Shown piece by piece: positions 1 through 12,061 of a DNA stretch of 64,000 nt. The DNA is from Macrostomum lignano (taxonomy: Eukaryota). Within the stretch, counting starts at the first letter, position 1. Each line of letters begins with the position of its first letter. The notes under the pieces are model-generated. The model did not search any database and was not told the origin of the DNA. It was given only the letters and a program-made list of their open reading frames with translations. The stretch covers positions 1-64,000 of the forward strand of contig NIVC01001444.1 of NCBI GenBank assembly GCA_002269645.1. The letters run 5' to 3'. The position numbers and the translations under genes are program-made.

Positions 1-1135
1 TAAATGTAAAGTCTTCAACTCTGTATCTCAATCAGGACAGAAACACTGTAAGCATGTGAAGTTTGTCTGCTTTTTCTGTTGTTTGTGCCGCTCACTCATT
101 CCACCAGCCCAGACCCCCCAGACGAAGGGTCAGGCGATTGGGCTTAATGTACATAGCGAATGTACAGTGTTTTGGAATAACTTTTTAATAGCCTTCTCTG
201 TACCCCGCGAGTGGAGAGGCGCAGAGAGGAGAGACAGTTTAGCCAGAGATTCAAAACACTGTCCTCTGTAAGACAAGTCTTCAGGCTCAGTTATAAACAG
301 TAGATGGCAAATCAAGAGTCAAGACAACGTGGGATGGTTTGTAAAAATAGCGAAAAATTAATGAATAACTGATTACAATGCAATCCTACTAAATTAGTTA
401 GTTACAGCATGAAGCTTTAACATTAAAATTCGCATAAGATCACTTTAAAATTTTAGGCTCCTAAGAAATGCCTATATCCCTTGGTTGTAGTAGGGATGTG
501 ACCCCGAGGGCTTGTGTTTATTTAAAACTGTATTTGACAACGTGGCATCATCAATCGTGCGTGACCTTTGTCAGAAGGAGTCCAGACTGTGGTGTGGAGG
601 CGGAAAATGCTGCTCAGCAGCTACGCTCGGGAGGATAATTAATGAATGAGACCGTTTTTATAATCAAAATTTTTATTTCTAGCAGACATTGTCCTTGTCT
701 AATAGGGAGCATTTTGTTATTGTATGACACCCCCCCATGCGTCCGCAGGACGCAGCGCTGTGCCTGCGTCCAAATTCCGTCAAGCCGTCAACGCCGTTCA
801 ACGCCAGACCAACAGAGTAGTCAGTAAAGCTTCTTTTTCCTGACGGTTTTTAGGTGAAATTTGCTTGATTGAAGGACTGCGTAGTGAAAAAAACATTCAA
901 AACGGTGCTGTTGTTGCGTTTGAAATTTACATTGAGATAAGCAGTTATGCGGTAAGAAAAGCATAGACAGAGTTTCAATCAGCTCTCTGTAAATTATTTT
1001 CTTATTTTAATGGCAAAAATTAGGTTAAAAATGCATTTTTCTCCCCGGGTCCCCGGTTTCAATTCCCGGCGGAATATTCCCCGACAAGCTCCCGGGGCCC
1101 GGGGAGCACTCCCCGGGGTCGACATCCCTACGTGT

Positions 1136-2010
1136 GACCCTCAAACAGACTGAGCAGAGCTGCTCCAGTTGTGTTTGTAGGTTAGGTGGACCACCTTCTC
1201 TACAGCACTACTAGGCGATAATCTGAGTCGGAATGCCTAGAGACCATTCATTTACACAGTGCAGACATTCTGATCTCATGGTGGACCAGCTCGCTTTCTA
1301 AGAATCTGTTCTGATTGCATTCCAAGAAACGGAAACATTCCCGCCTAAACTTTCAAGACAGCTCTGAGAGCCAAGGCCCCAAACAGACTGAGAAAGCTGC
1401 TTCAGTTGCTGTCTGTAGTTAGGTGGACCTTCAAGATTCAAAGCCCCAAACAGACTGAGAGAGCTGCTTCAGTTGTGTCTGTAGGTTAGGTGGACCACCT
1501 TATAAAAGTCAAAGCCCCAAACAGACTGAGAAAGCTGCTTCAGTTGTGTCTGTAGGTTAGGTGGACCACCTTCCAAGATTTCAAAGCCCCAACATACATG
1601 CGCAACCTCCAAAATTCGGTCGGCCGTGCGACTTAGTTTTAACAAAAATGCGACGTAGTTTTTGGCCAAAAATGCGACTTACATGGAAAGAAACCCTAAA
1701 GCAAAATTAACGCAACTTCGGGTAAACGGCAGGAGTAACTATGACTGTCTTATTGAGCCAAAATGCCTCGTCAGCTACTTAGTACTACTACTTCGGTGTT
1801 TTTTCGGGTGGGCATATTTGCGACTTCCTTGGTTGGCCGCCAAATCGGTCGGCCGGATCGGCCGACTCGGCCAACTGTTGCGCATGTATGAGCCCCAAAC
1901 AGACTGAGAGAGCTGCTTCAGATGTGTCTGTAGGTTAGGTGGACCACCTTCCAAGATTCAAAGCCCCAAACAGACTGAGAGAGCTGCTTCAGTTGTGTCT
2001 GTAGGTTAGA
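1136..2010. repeat. ~71-bp minisatellite (AGCCCCAAACAGACTGAGAGAGCTGCTTCAGTTGTGTCTGTAGGTTAGGTGGACCACCTTCCAAGATTCAA), interrupted
   Basis: Units start at ~1442, 1513, 1585/1891 and 1962, with degenerate copies at ~1136 and ~1376. Confidence 0.9.
1593..1890. mobile_element. hAT-type non-autonomous DNA transposon (MITE), 298 bp
   Basis: Perfect 14-bp TIR CATACATGCGCAAC / GTTGCGCATGTATG and 8-bp TSD AGCCCCAA at 1585-1592 and 1891-1898. An 8-bp TSD is characteristic of hAT. Confidence 0.9.
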
Positions 2011-2055
2011 TAGGCCTTGCAATTAGCTATTTTGAGATCATCAAACGAAACTCAC

Positions 2056-2214
2056 TTTTCTGGACTCGGTGTCGATGGTTTTGCGAGCAGACTGTCGGTT
2101 TTCACCAGGCGATGCGGCCTTCTTCGATTTTGCAGTGGCTTTTTGCGTCGCAGTTTTTTTAGGTTTTACCTTAGGCTTAGGCTTGGCGTCCTTTTTGTTT
2201 TTTTTTCGGGTCAT
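2056..2214 (-). CDS. Candidate coding exon of an unknown lysine-rich protein (MTRKKNKKDAKPKPKVKPKKTATQKATAKSKKAASPGENRQSARKTIDTESRK)
   Basis: 53 open codons from ATG at 2214, ending at a GTGAGT donor; TCTATAG acceptor at 2243. No recognised homology. Confidence 0.35.
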
Positions 2215-3671
2215 TGTATCTTGCTTGGCACAATAAATTTATCTATAGATGAAACTTAGAGTATGGAAAATAATGTTAGACCTAATAAGTGTGAATAGAA
2301 TCAGTTCTAATTTATAAAACTGTCTGTGTGTGGTCTAACTACGCCATGGTTTACGGGGACCACCCGCTTAGACATTATATATCCCTCTCTCTACAGTCTT
2401 ACCTTCAGAACCCTTGCGGGTTTCCTATTGGCTGAGGTCGGTCCCATCGTTGGGGTTGATCTTTCCTCCTAAGTGTTAACCAGCCAATTATAGAAAGGGA
2501 GGTCTGTCTGTCTGTCTGTTCCAACCCTATACTCCTGCACATGTGTTTACGTGGACCAAACAGACAGTTAGTGTTAGGCTGACTGTTAATGCGTTCTTAG
2601 TTTTACTGGACCGCAATCAAGTCGATCTTTTGCTAGAGATTCAGAGACCCAATTTCTAGCTAAAAGGCCCTTCTTAATTGCGTCCTCTTGATTTTGCATG
2701 TACATGTATGAATGGCCCTTTTCAATTAGGTAAATTGCATCTTCAACTTTGCACTTAAAAGGCTGCAGCTTAGGATCTTCTTCTTCAAGATATCCCATAG
2801 TGTTTGCGATAGAGTTGGCAAGCACTTAATTTATGAAGTTGCTATTAATTTTTTCTTGTGTAATGGTAGAGCCTCAGAAATTTTCATTTACACAGTGTGG
2901 CTATCAAGGACCACTGGGAGTTCTTGAGAAGTCATTGAAGAATATTGTTTAAGCTTCACTTAAATATCTTTCTTGTCTCGGAGTCTTTATCGCTTGATCT
3001 GGTTAGTAAATTGGATTTCTTTACATTGGTGTCTTACTCTGTGAGTCTCTGCTCAGAGTACGATACCGGAATTGCTGGAACTGAGCTAATTAAATGGAGT
3101 TTAAAGTTTACTATATAAAATTCATTTCGCATACGAGGTTGTCAGAATTTTAAATTAACCTGCGTACCTACTTGAATGTCAAAGAATTTTAACGCATATT
3201 GTTTTAAGGCCAGTGGCGGTCATAATATGATGTTAACATAGCCATTTGTTCGTAAGGTAATGATATGTAAAAAAATTCAGTTTTGCATCGAATCTATGCT
3301 TAATAACTGCTATACACAAACAGACACAAACAGACACAAACAGACACAAACAGACGATTTTCGAAAAATTTTCTGAAATTTTTCGGTTTACGTGGACCAG
3401 ACTCGCTCGGTTTAGGTAGACCAGGCTGGAGGTCCAGCTAAACTGAAATGCGAATAACTTTGGAAAAAACCATGCTAGACATTCCAAAATTGCTAGAGCC
3501 CTTCTTGACCCGCCTGACATTAATTTGAGATCCTCATCAACGTCTTAACCCCACCAGAGACAAAATTATTTGGTGGTCCACCTAAGTGGTCTACCTACAC
3601 CGGGTGGTCCAGCTAACGAGGCTACTGAACTTCCAAAAAGTCCACGTAAACACACAGACAGTAGAACAGGC

Positions 3672-3724
<53 letters not shown>

Positions 3725-4240
3725 GGCAATGATGGCAAACATGCCACACAGACAGACAGCACCCCAGAAACCCTGGCCCCGCACCAGATACCTGGCCTTA
3801 AATGGCTCGCTAATCCTGGCTGTGCTGGAGCCGGTCAGCCAGAAGCGCACCCTGCCATCAGCCATCGTTATCGTCCGCGGCCCCTTCGGCCGCCAGGTCT
3901 GGCAGGCGGAGATGCGCGACGCGCCCAGACAGCAGCGGCCCCCGGCAGCGCCGCAGTCGGCCAGGCGGCCGCCACCCGATCCGTCTCTGCTGCCCTATTG
4001 GTGCTACACTGAGGGGCGCCGGGCGCCGCCGTATTTTCCTGCCGAGCCGCCTGGCCTGCCGGCTGTGCGCGCCGACGCCTCGGTGCCGACGCTGGCTTCG
4101 GTGACGCCAAATAGCGCCGAGGTGCTGCGGCTGATGGCGCAGGCGCGCGTGCCAAAGCGGCTACCCTGTGAGCGATTGATTTCTATTCGATTCCAGCATG
4201 CCTGAGTAGCTTCAATAGAAAGAGCATTGAGTTTTCAGTG

Positions 4241-4845
4241 TTTCCTATGGAAACTACTGTGCTTCCTATGGAAACTACTGTGCTTCCTATGGAAACTACT
4301 GTGCTTCCTATGGAAACTACTGTGCTTCCTATGGAAACTACTGTGCTTCCTATGGAAACTACTGTGCTTCCTATGGAAACTACTGTGCTTCCTATGGAAA
4401 CTACTGTGCTTCCTATGGAAACTACTGTGCTTCCTATGGAAACTACTGTGCTTCCTATGGAAACTACTGTGCTTCCTATGGAAACTACTGTGCTTCCTAT
4501 GGAAACTACTGTGCTTCCTATGGAAACTACTGTGCTTCCTATGGAAACTACTGTGCTTCCTATGGAAACTACTGTGCTTCCTATGGAAACTACTGTGCTT
4601 CCTATGGAAACTACTGTGCTTCCTATGGAAACTACTGTGCTTCCTATGGAAACTACTGTGCTTCCTATGGAAACTACTGTGCTTCCTATGGAAACTACTG
4701 TGCTTCCTATGGAAACTACTGTGCTTCCTATGGAAACTATTGTGCTTCCTATGGAAACTACTGTACTTCCTATGGAAACTACTGTACTTCCTACGGAAAC
4801 TACTGTGCTTCCTATGGAAACTGATGTGCTTCCTATGGAAAAACC
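4241..4845. repeat. Intronic 21-bp minisatellite (CTTCCTATGGAAACTACTGTG)n
   Basis: Direct inspection; produces spurious 7-aa-repeat ORFs. Confidence 0.97.
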
Positions 4846-5489
4846 CCTGCATCCTATGGCCTGGATTTGGGCCATTTCTAGTCACGTGACGATTGGTTAA
4901 TCAGCCCTGTCCGATTCCTCCGCCCCGAAGGCCCCGAAACGCCGCAGTGCCGTCCACCCGCCTCGGCCAAAGAGTTCCAACCGGCCAGGCTCATCCTCAC
5001 CCAGCTCGGCCTGCTGGACATCGCCTGCACTTTGGACTCTTCTACCCAGGAGTTCTTCGACCAGCTGAGCGAACTCGACGGCCTCCCAGTGCGCAGCCTG
5101 CACCCGGCCGCGCTGTACTTTGTGCCCCGCGGAGCCTGCGCCAGCGACCCCGACCGCCTGCTGGCTGTTAGCTCCGCCGCCGCCGCCGCGTCCGCCGATT
5201 TCACCAGCTTCTGCCACGGCCTCGGCTGGGCCCCGGCCAATCTGCCCGGCAATGTCGCCTACTGGTCGGACGCCGTGGCCGAGGTTGTGTTTCACAGGCC
5301 GAGCGGCCGTCCGCTTGAGCAGAGCCAGCCGGTGCTGGTCTGGCTGGAGGACGCCGAGGACCGGGCCGCTTTTCCCACCGATGCGCTGTGCCCGCGAGCC
5401 GATCCGCTGGTGTTCGTGGCCTGCCGAGACCGCCTGCTCAAGGTGAGCTGCTCTGGCGTGCGGCCTTTGTTTGATCTTTATCTATGCAG

Positions 5490-6286
5490 GCTAGATTAGC
5501 AATCCATTCTCATGTTAGCTAGATTAGCAATCCATTCTATGTTAGATAGATTAGCAATCCATTCTATTTCTGCATCCATGATGGGCTAGATTAGCAATCC
5601 ATTCTATTTCTGCATCCATGATGGGCTAGATTAGCAATCCATTCTATTTCTGAATCCATGATGGGCTAGATTAGCAATCCATTCTATTTCTGAATCCATG
5701 ATGGGCTAGATTAGCAATCCAGTCTATTCCTCCATCCATGATGGGCTAGATTAGCAATCCATTCTATTTCTGCATCCATGATGGGCTAGATTAGCAATCC
5801 ATTCTATTTCTGCATCCATGATGGGCTAGATTAGCAATCCATTCTATTTCTGCATCCATGATGGGCTAGATTAGCAATCCATTCTATTTCTGCATCCATG
5901 ATGGGCTAGATTAGCAATCCATTCTATTTCTGCATCCATGATGGGCTAGATTAGCAATCCATTCTATTCCTCCATCCATGATGGGCTAGATTAGCAATCC
6001 AGTCTATTCCTGCATCCATGATGGGGTAGATTAGCAATCCAGTCTATTCCTCCATCCATGATGGGCTAGATTAGCAATCCATTCTATTTCTGCATCCGTG
6101 ATTGGCTAGATTAGCAATCCATTCTATTTCTGCATCCGTGATGGGCTAGATTAGCAATCCAGTCTATTCCTCCATCCATGATGGGCTAGATTAGCAATCC
6201 ATTCTATTTCTGCATCCATGATGGGCTAGATTAGCAATCCATTCTATTTCTGCATCCATGATGGGCTAGATTAGCAATCCATTCTA
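5490..6286. repeat. Intronic 40-bp minisatellite (CTAGATTAGCAATCCATTCTATTTCTGCATCCATGATGGG)n
   Basis: Period 40 (e.g. 5581 and 5621). Confidence 0.97.
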
Positions 6287-6991
6287 ATTAACCAGTCCCA
6301 ATCCCTCAGGTACTAGAGGTGTCCATGGGCCCGAACGCGAACTGCAAGCCGGCCGCTCCGCTGGACTTCGCTCCGCCACTGCTCAAAGGCCTGGTTGTGC
6401 CGCTGCGCACCGCGCCCTGCTTGGTCCGACAGGCCATCCTGAACTGGTCAGCCCGGAGGCGCCTTCACATGGCGTACGCGGCCTCTGGCCACGGCAAGTC
6501 CAGCACGGGCAGCCCAGACCCAGGCGAGCCGTTTCCGCACACAATCCGGCAGCGCAAGATCCAGGAGATTCAGCGCAGCGGTGAATCTGTTAGAGGCGAC
6601 TCGCTGCTGCTCATGCTAATGCGGGCGCCGGACTCCGCAGCTGAGCGGGCTCTGGCGCACTGATTGATTCTCCTGATCATTTTATAGCTCTAGTTTTACT
6701 ACGCCCGCCCCCGCATTCCGCACTAATCACTCTGATGATGATTAACGCGCTCAGGGTCTGAATTTGTTGCTCTATTTTTATCATTTAACAATCCCCACTG
6801 ATGGTTGATGATTCCCGCCTGTACGCTTTGTTGGCTAACCATATCATTATTCATCTAAGAAGTCGCTGCTCTTACTGATGGCTGATTGCCTAATTTTAAC
6901 CGTCTATTGAGGTTCAATCGGTTTATTAGGTTGTTGCCTTCAGCTAACATTCGATATTCACTACTATGTGTCTGGTGTTGTTTTCTTTGAC

Positions 6992-7866
6992 TGATTGACA
7001 TTTGTGCGTCAAATCTGATTGATTGATTGATTGATTGGCATTTGTGCGTCAATTCTGATTGATTGATTGATTGATTGGCATTTGTGCGTCAATTCTGATT
7101 GATTGATTGATTGGCATTTGTGCGTCAATTCTGATTGATTGATTGATTGATTGGCATTTGTGCGTCAATTCTGATTGATTGATTGATTGGCATTTGTGCG
7201 TCAATTCTGATTGATTGATTGGCATTTGTGCGTCAATTCTGATTGATTGATTGATTGGCATTTGTGCGTCAATTCTGATTGATTGATTGATTGGCATTTG
7301 TGCGTCAATTCTGATTGATTGATTGATTGGCATTTGTGCGTCAATTCTGATTGATTGATTGATTGATTGGCATTTGTGCGTCAATTCTGATTGATTGATT
7401 GATTGGCATTTGTGCGTCAATTCTGATTGATTGATTGGCATTTGTGCGTCAATTCTGATTGATTGATTGATTGGCATTTGTGCGTCAATTCTGATTGATT
7501 GATTGATTGGCATTTGTGCGTCAATTCTGATTGATTGATTGATTGATTGGCATTTGTGCGTCAATTCTGATTGATTGATTGATTGGCATTTGTGCGTCAA
7601 TTCTGATTGATTGATTGATTGATTGATTGGCATTTGTGCGTCAATTCTGATTGATTGATTGATTGATTGGCATTTGTGCGTCAATTCTGATTGATTGATT
7701 GATTGGCATTTGTGCGTCAATTCTGATTGATTGATTGATTGATTGGCATTTGTGCGTCAATTCTGATTGATTGATTGATTGGCATTTGTGCGTCAATTCT
7801 GATTGATTGATTGGTTGATTGGACTTTGTGCGTAAATGTTGATTGATTGATTGATTGATTGATTGA
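6992..7866. repeat. Composite repeat: constant TTGGCATTTGTGCGTCAATTCTGA core plus variable (TTGA)n
   Basis: Direct inspection. Confidence 0.95.
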
Positions 7867-8278
7867 CATGTCGTGTTTGACAAATGCTTTTTGCTTGCTG
7901 CATCAGGTGCCAGTCTATCAGCCAGCGCTGAGTATTTTCGGGTGTTTCGCTTCGTCCTTAGCCAGTTAACCAGTGCCGCTGCTAGTCTCTGCTGCAATTA
8001 ATCACCCCGCTCAACAGTCCAATAGCTATTGATATATTATCTGGTTTCCTGTGCTTATATTCAAGTCTAATTGGCTGTTTTTATATTTTGTTATGCGCGA
8101 ATATGCGTGTATTCAGATCTGTATGTACGAGCGTACTTGTGTATAAATACGGCGGAATTATGATATTTATTTATTGTTCATTGTCACAGGATGCGAATCT
8201 TTCTGTTTTATATAATTTGCTGCAGTTTGTGTTCAAATTAGTCATTGTTCATGCTGATGGTCGATCTGATTTCTGTTT

Positions 8279-8284
8279 GTCTGC

Positions 8285-8366
<82 letters not shown>

Positions 8367-8970
8367 GTGTCTGACTGACTGACTGACTGACTGACTGACT
8401 GACTGACTGACTGACTGACTGACTGACTGACTGACTGACTGACTGACTGACTGACTGACTGACTGACTGACTGACTGACTGACTGACTGACTGACTGACT
8501 GACTGACTGACTGACTGACTGACTGACTGACTGACTGACTGACTGACTGACTGACTGACTGACTGACTGACTGACTGACTGACTGACTGACTGACTGACT
8601 GACTGACTGACTGACTGACTGACTGACTGACTGACTGACTGACTGACTGACTGACTGACTGACTGACTGACTGACTGACTGACTGACTGACTGACTGACT
8701 GACTGACTGACTGACTGACTGACTGACTGACTGACTGACTGACTGACTGACTGACTGACTGACTGACTGACTGACTGACTGACTGACTGACTGACTGACT
8801 GACTGACTGACTGACTGACTGACTGACTGACTGACTGACTGACTGACTGACTGACTGACTGACTGACTGACTGACTGACTGACTGACTGACTGACTGACT
8901 GACTGACTGACTGACTGACTGACTGACTGACTGACTGACTGACTGACTGACTGACTGACTGACTGACTGA
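8279..8970. repeat. Compound microsatellite (GTCT)n followed by ~150 units of (GACT)n
   Basis: Direct inspection; motif switch at ~8371. Confidence 0.98.
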
Positions 8971-9404
8971 CCAGGCAGTAACTAATGCTTCTCTATTTTT
9001 TATGTTGGTTGGTCAGCAATGCTCGGATAGTGACACGGCCGCCTTACTCACACTCGCACTATCGCAACGCGCCTGCCCGTGCCATGGTCCAGTGCTTGGC
9101 ACTCAAACTCCAAGTACCGCCGGATCCGACCATATATCTTTAACTGTGCAAATAGAAACAGCTTTTGTTAACGTTTGTTATTTCAGATTTAGAGTTTCTG
9201 TTTCTGCGTTTGATTTAATATTTATATGTGATCATTGCAGAGTGAAAATGCTTTGCCGTTTTTAACTTAAATCTTTGCTTGCTTGTCTTTTTTCTGAATG
9301 CATATGTAGAAGTTGCTGTAGAAGTGTATTGAGATGAGGTAAAGGGTTGGCTTCAATCTCTTTTAAAGAGTTGTGTTGAAGTTCTTCGTTGAAAGGTTTG
9401 AATT

Positions 9405-11002
9405 TTTCAGTTGAAGGTCTCTGCTGAAGTGTGGATTTGAAGGTCTTTGTTGAAGGGTGGAGTTGAAGGTCTCTGTTGAAGGGTGGAGTTGAAGGTCTCT
9501 GTTGAAGGGTGGAGTTGAAGGTCTCTGTTGAAGGGTGGAGTTGAAGGTCTCTGTTGAAGGGTGGAGCTGAAGGTCTTTGTTGAAGGGTGGAGTTGAAGGT
9601 CTCTGTTGAAGGGTGGAGCTGAAGGTCTCTGTTGAAGGGTGGAGTTGAAGGTCTCTGTTGAAGGGTGGAGCTGAAGGTCTCTGTTGAAGGGTGGAGTTGA
9701 AGGTCTCTGTTGAAGGGTGGAGTTGAAGGTCTCTGTTGAAGGGTGGAGTTGAAGGTCTCTGTTGAAGGGTGGAGCTGAAGTTCTCTGTTGAAGGGTGGAG
9801 TTGAAGGTCTCTGTTGAAGGGTGGATTTGAAGGGTGGAGCTGAAGGTCTCTGTTGAAGGGTGGAGTTGAAGGTCTCTGTTGAAGGGTGGAGTTGAAGGTC
9901 TCTGTTGAAGGGTGGAGTTGAAGGTCTCTATTGAAGGGTGGAGTTGAAGGTCTCTGTTGAAGGGTGGAGTTGAAGGTCTCTGCTGAAGGGTGGAGTTGAA
10001 GGTCTCTGTTGAAGGGTGGAGCTGAAGGTCTCTGCTGAAGGGTGGAGTTGAAGGTCTCTGCTGAAGGGTGGAGTTGAAGGTCTCTGTTGAAGGGTGGAGC
10101 TGAAGGTCTCTGTTGAAGGGTGGAGTTGAAGGTCTCTGTCGAAGGGTGGAGTTGAAGGTCTCTGTTGAAGGGTGGAGTTGACGGTATTTGTTGAAGGGTG
10201 GAGTTGAAGGTCTCTGTTGAAGGGTGGAGCTAAAGGTCTCTGTTGAAGGGTGGAGCTGAAGGTCTCTGTTGAAGGGTGGAGCTGAAGGTCTCTGTTGAAG
10301 GGTGAAGTTGAAGGTCTCTGTTGAAGGGTGGAGTTGAAGGTCTCTGTTGAAGGGTGGAGCTGAAGGTCTCTGTTGAAGGGTGGAGCTGAAGGTCTCTGTT
10401 GAAGGGTGGAGTTGAAGGGTGGAGCTGAAGGTCTCTGTTGAAGGGTGGAGTTGAAGGGTGGAGTTGAAGGTCTCTGTTGAAGGGTGGAGTTGAAGGTCTC
10501 TGTTGAAGGGTGGAGTTGAAGGTCTCTGTTGAAGGGTGGAGCTGAAGGTCTCTGTTGAAGGGTGGAGTTGAAGGTCTCTGTTGAAGGGTGGAGTTGAAGG
10601 TCTCTGTTGAAGGGTGGAGCTGAAGTTTTCTGTTGAAGGGTGGAGTTGAAGGTCTCTGTTGAAGGGTGGATTTGAAGGGTGGAGCTGAAGGTCTCTGTTG
10701 AAGGGTGGAGTTGAAGGTCTCTGTTGAAGGGTGGAGTTGAAGGTCTCTGTTGAAGGGTGGAGTTGAAGGTCTCTATTGAAGGGTGGAGTTGAAGGTCTCT
10801 GTTGAAGGGTGGAGTTGAAGGTCTCTGCTGAAGGGTGGAGTTGAAGGTCTCTGTTGAAGGGTGGAGCTGAAGGTCTCTGCTGAAGGGTGGAGTTGAAGGT
10901 CTCTGTTGAAGGGTGGAGTTGAAGGTCTCTGCTGAAGGGTGGAGTTGAAGGTCTCTGTTGAAGGGTGGAGCTGAAGGTCTCTGCTGAAGGGTGGAGTTGA
11001 AG
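9405..11002. repeat. 26-bp satellite (GAAGGTCTCTGTTGAAGGGTGGAGTT)n, copy A
   Basis: Direct inspection; ends abruptly against a 21-bp satellite. Confidence 0.97.
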
Positions 11003-12008
11003 CTAATATTCCAAATCCCTATGCTAATATTCCAAATCCCAAGGCTAATATTCCAAATCCCTATGCTAACATTCCGATCCCTATGCTAATATTCCCAATC
11101 CCAAGGCTAATATTCCAAATCCCAAGGCTAATATTCCAAATCCCTATGCTAATATTCTAAATCCCAAGGCTAATATTCCAAATCCCTATGCTAACATTCC
11201 GAATCCCTATGCTAATATTCCAAATCTCAATGCTAATATTCCAAATCCCAATGCTAATATTCCAAATCCCAATGCTAATATTCCAAATCCCAATGCTAAT
11301 ATTCCAAATCCCAATGCTAATATTCCAAATCCCTATGCTAATATTCCAAATCCCAAGGCTAATATTCCAAATCCCTATGCTAATATTCCAAATCCCAAGG
11401 CTAATATTCCAAATCCCTATGCTAACATTCCAAATCCCTATGCTAATATTCCAAATCTCAATGCTAATATTCCAAATCCCAATGCTAATATTCCAAATCC
11501 CAATGCTAATATTCCAAATCTTAATGCTAATATTCCAAATCCCAATGCTAATATTCCAAATCCCAATGCTAATATTCCAAATCCCAAGGCTAATATTCCA
11601 AATCCCAAGGCTAATATTCCAAATCCCAAGGCTAATATTCCAAATCCCTGTGCTAATATTCCAAATCCCTGTGCTAATATTCCAAATCCCTATGCTAATA
11701 TTCCAAATCCCAAGGCTAATATTCAAAATCCCGATGGTAATATTCCACATCCCTATGCTAACATTCCAAATCCCTATGCTAACATTCCGAATCCCTATGC
11801 TAACATTCCGAATCCCTATGCTAACATTCCAAATCCCTATGCTAATTTTCCAAATCCCAATGCTAACATTCCAAATCCCTATGCTAATTTTCCAAATCCC
11901 AATGCTAACATTCCAAATCCCTATGCTAATTTTCCAAATCCCAATGCTAACATTCCAAATCCCTATGCTAATTTTCCAAATCCCAATGCTAATATTCCAA
12001 ATCTAATA
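11003..12008. repeat. 21-bp minisatellite (CTAATATTCCAAATCCCWATG)n
   Basis: Direct inspection; source of the spurious LIFQIPM / GIWNISI ORFs. Confidence 0.97.
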
Positions 12009-12061
12009 TTGGAATAATATATAATATTCTAAGTGGAATGTGGCTTTCAATCCCTATGCAG

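Larger units (their letters stand above)
3752..6663 (+). pseudogene. RALGAPB: Duplicated 3' fragment (last three exons) of RALGAPB-like gene, lacking upstream exons
   Basis: Exons ~3752-4167, 4882-5442 and 6310-6663 match those at 14675-17586 (offset 10923). It is preceded by unrelated sequence joined at a (GACA)n tract. Could be an assembly duplicate. Confidence 0.7.
3666..11002 (+). repeat. Copy A of a ~7.3 kb near-identical segmental duplication (copy A' starts at 14589)
   Basis: Matching ORFs at offset 10923, then 10955 after the (GACT)n tract. Differences seen: T8202/G19125, G9998/A20953 and a 32-bp (GACT)n length change. Confidence 0.95.

Noticed and set aside
491-1130. Possible hAT element with TAGGGATGT(C)GACCCC termini
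   Set aside because: The inverted ends are imperfect and the flanking 8-mers (GGTTGTAG vs CGTGTGAC) do not form a TSD; may be a degraded relic.
3386-3651. 12-bp inverted repeat GTTTACGTGGAC / GTCCACGTAAAC
   Set aside because: No TSD, and the motif recurs at 2545, so the element boundaries cannot be supported.
4183-4900. Four ~220-aa ORFs (also at 15106-15823)
   Set aside because: Translations of a stop-poor 21-bp intronic minisatellite; open in several frames on both strands.
6992-7866. CRISPR-like repeat-spacer appearance
   Set aside because: Spacers are only (TTGA)n length variants, there are no cas genes, and the context is eukaryotic.
11157-12006. 197-272 aa hydrophobic/pentapeptide-like ORFs
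   Set aside because: 21-bp tandem repeat translation.
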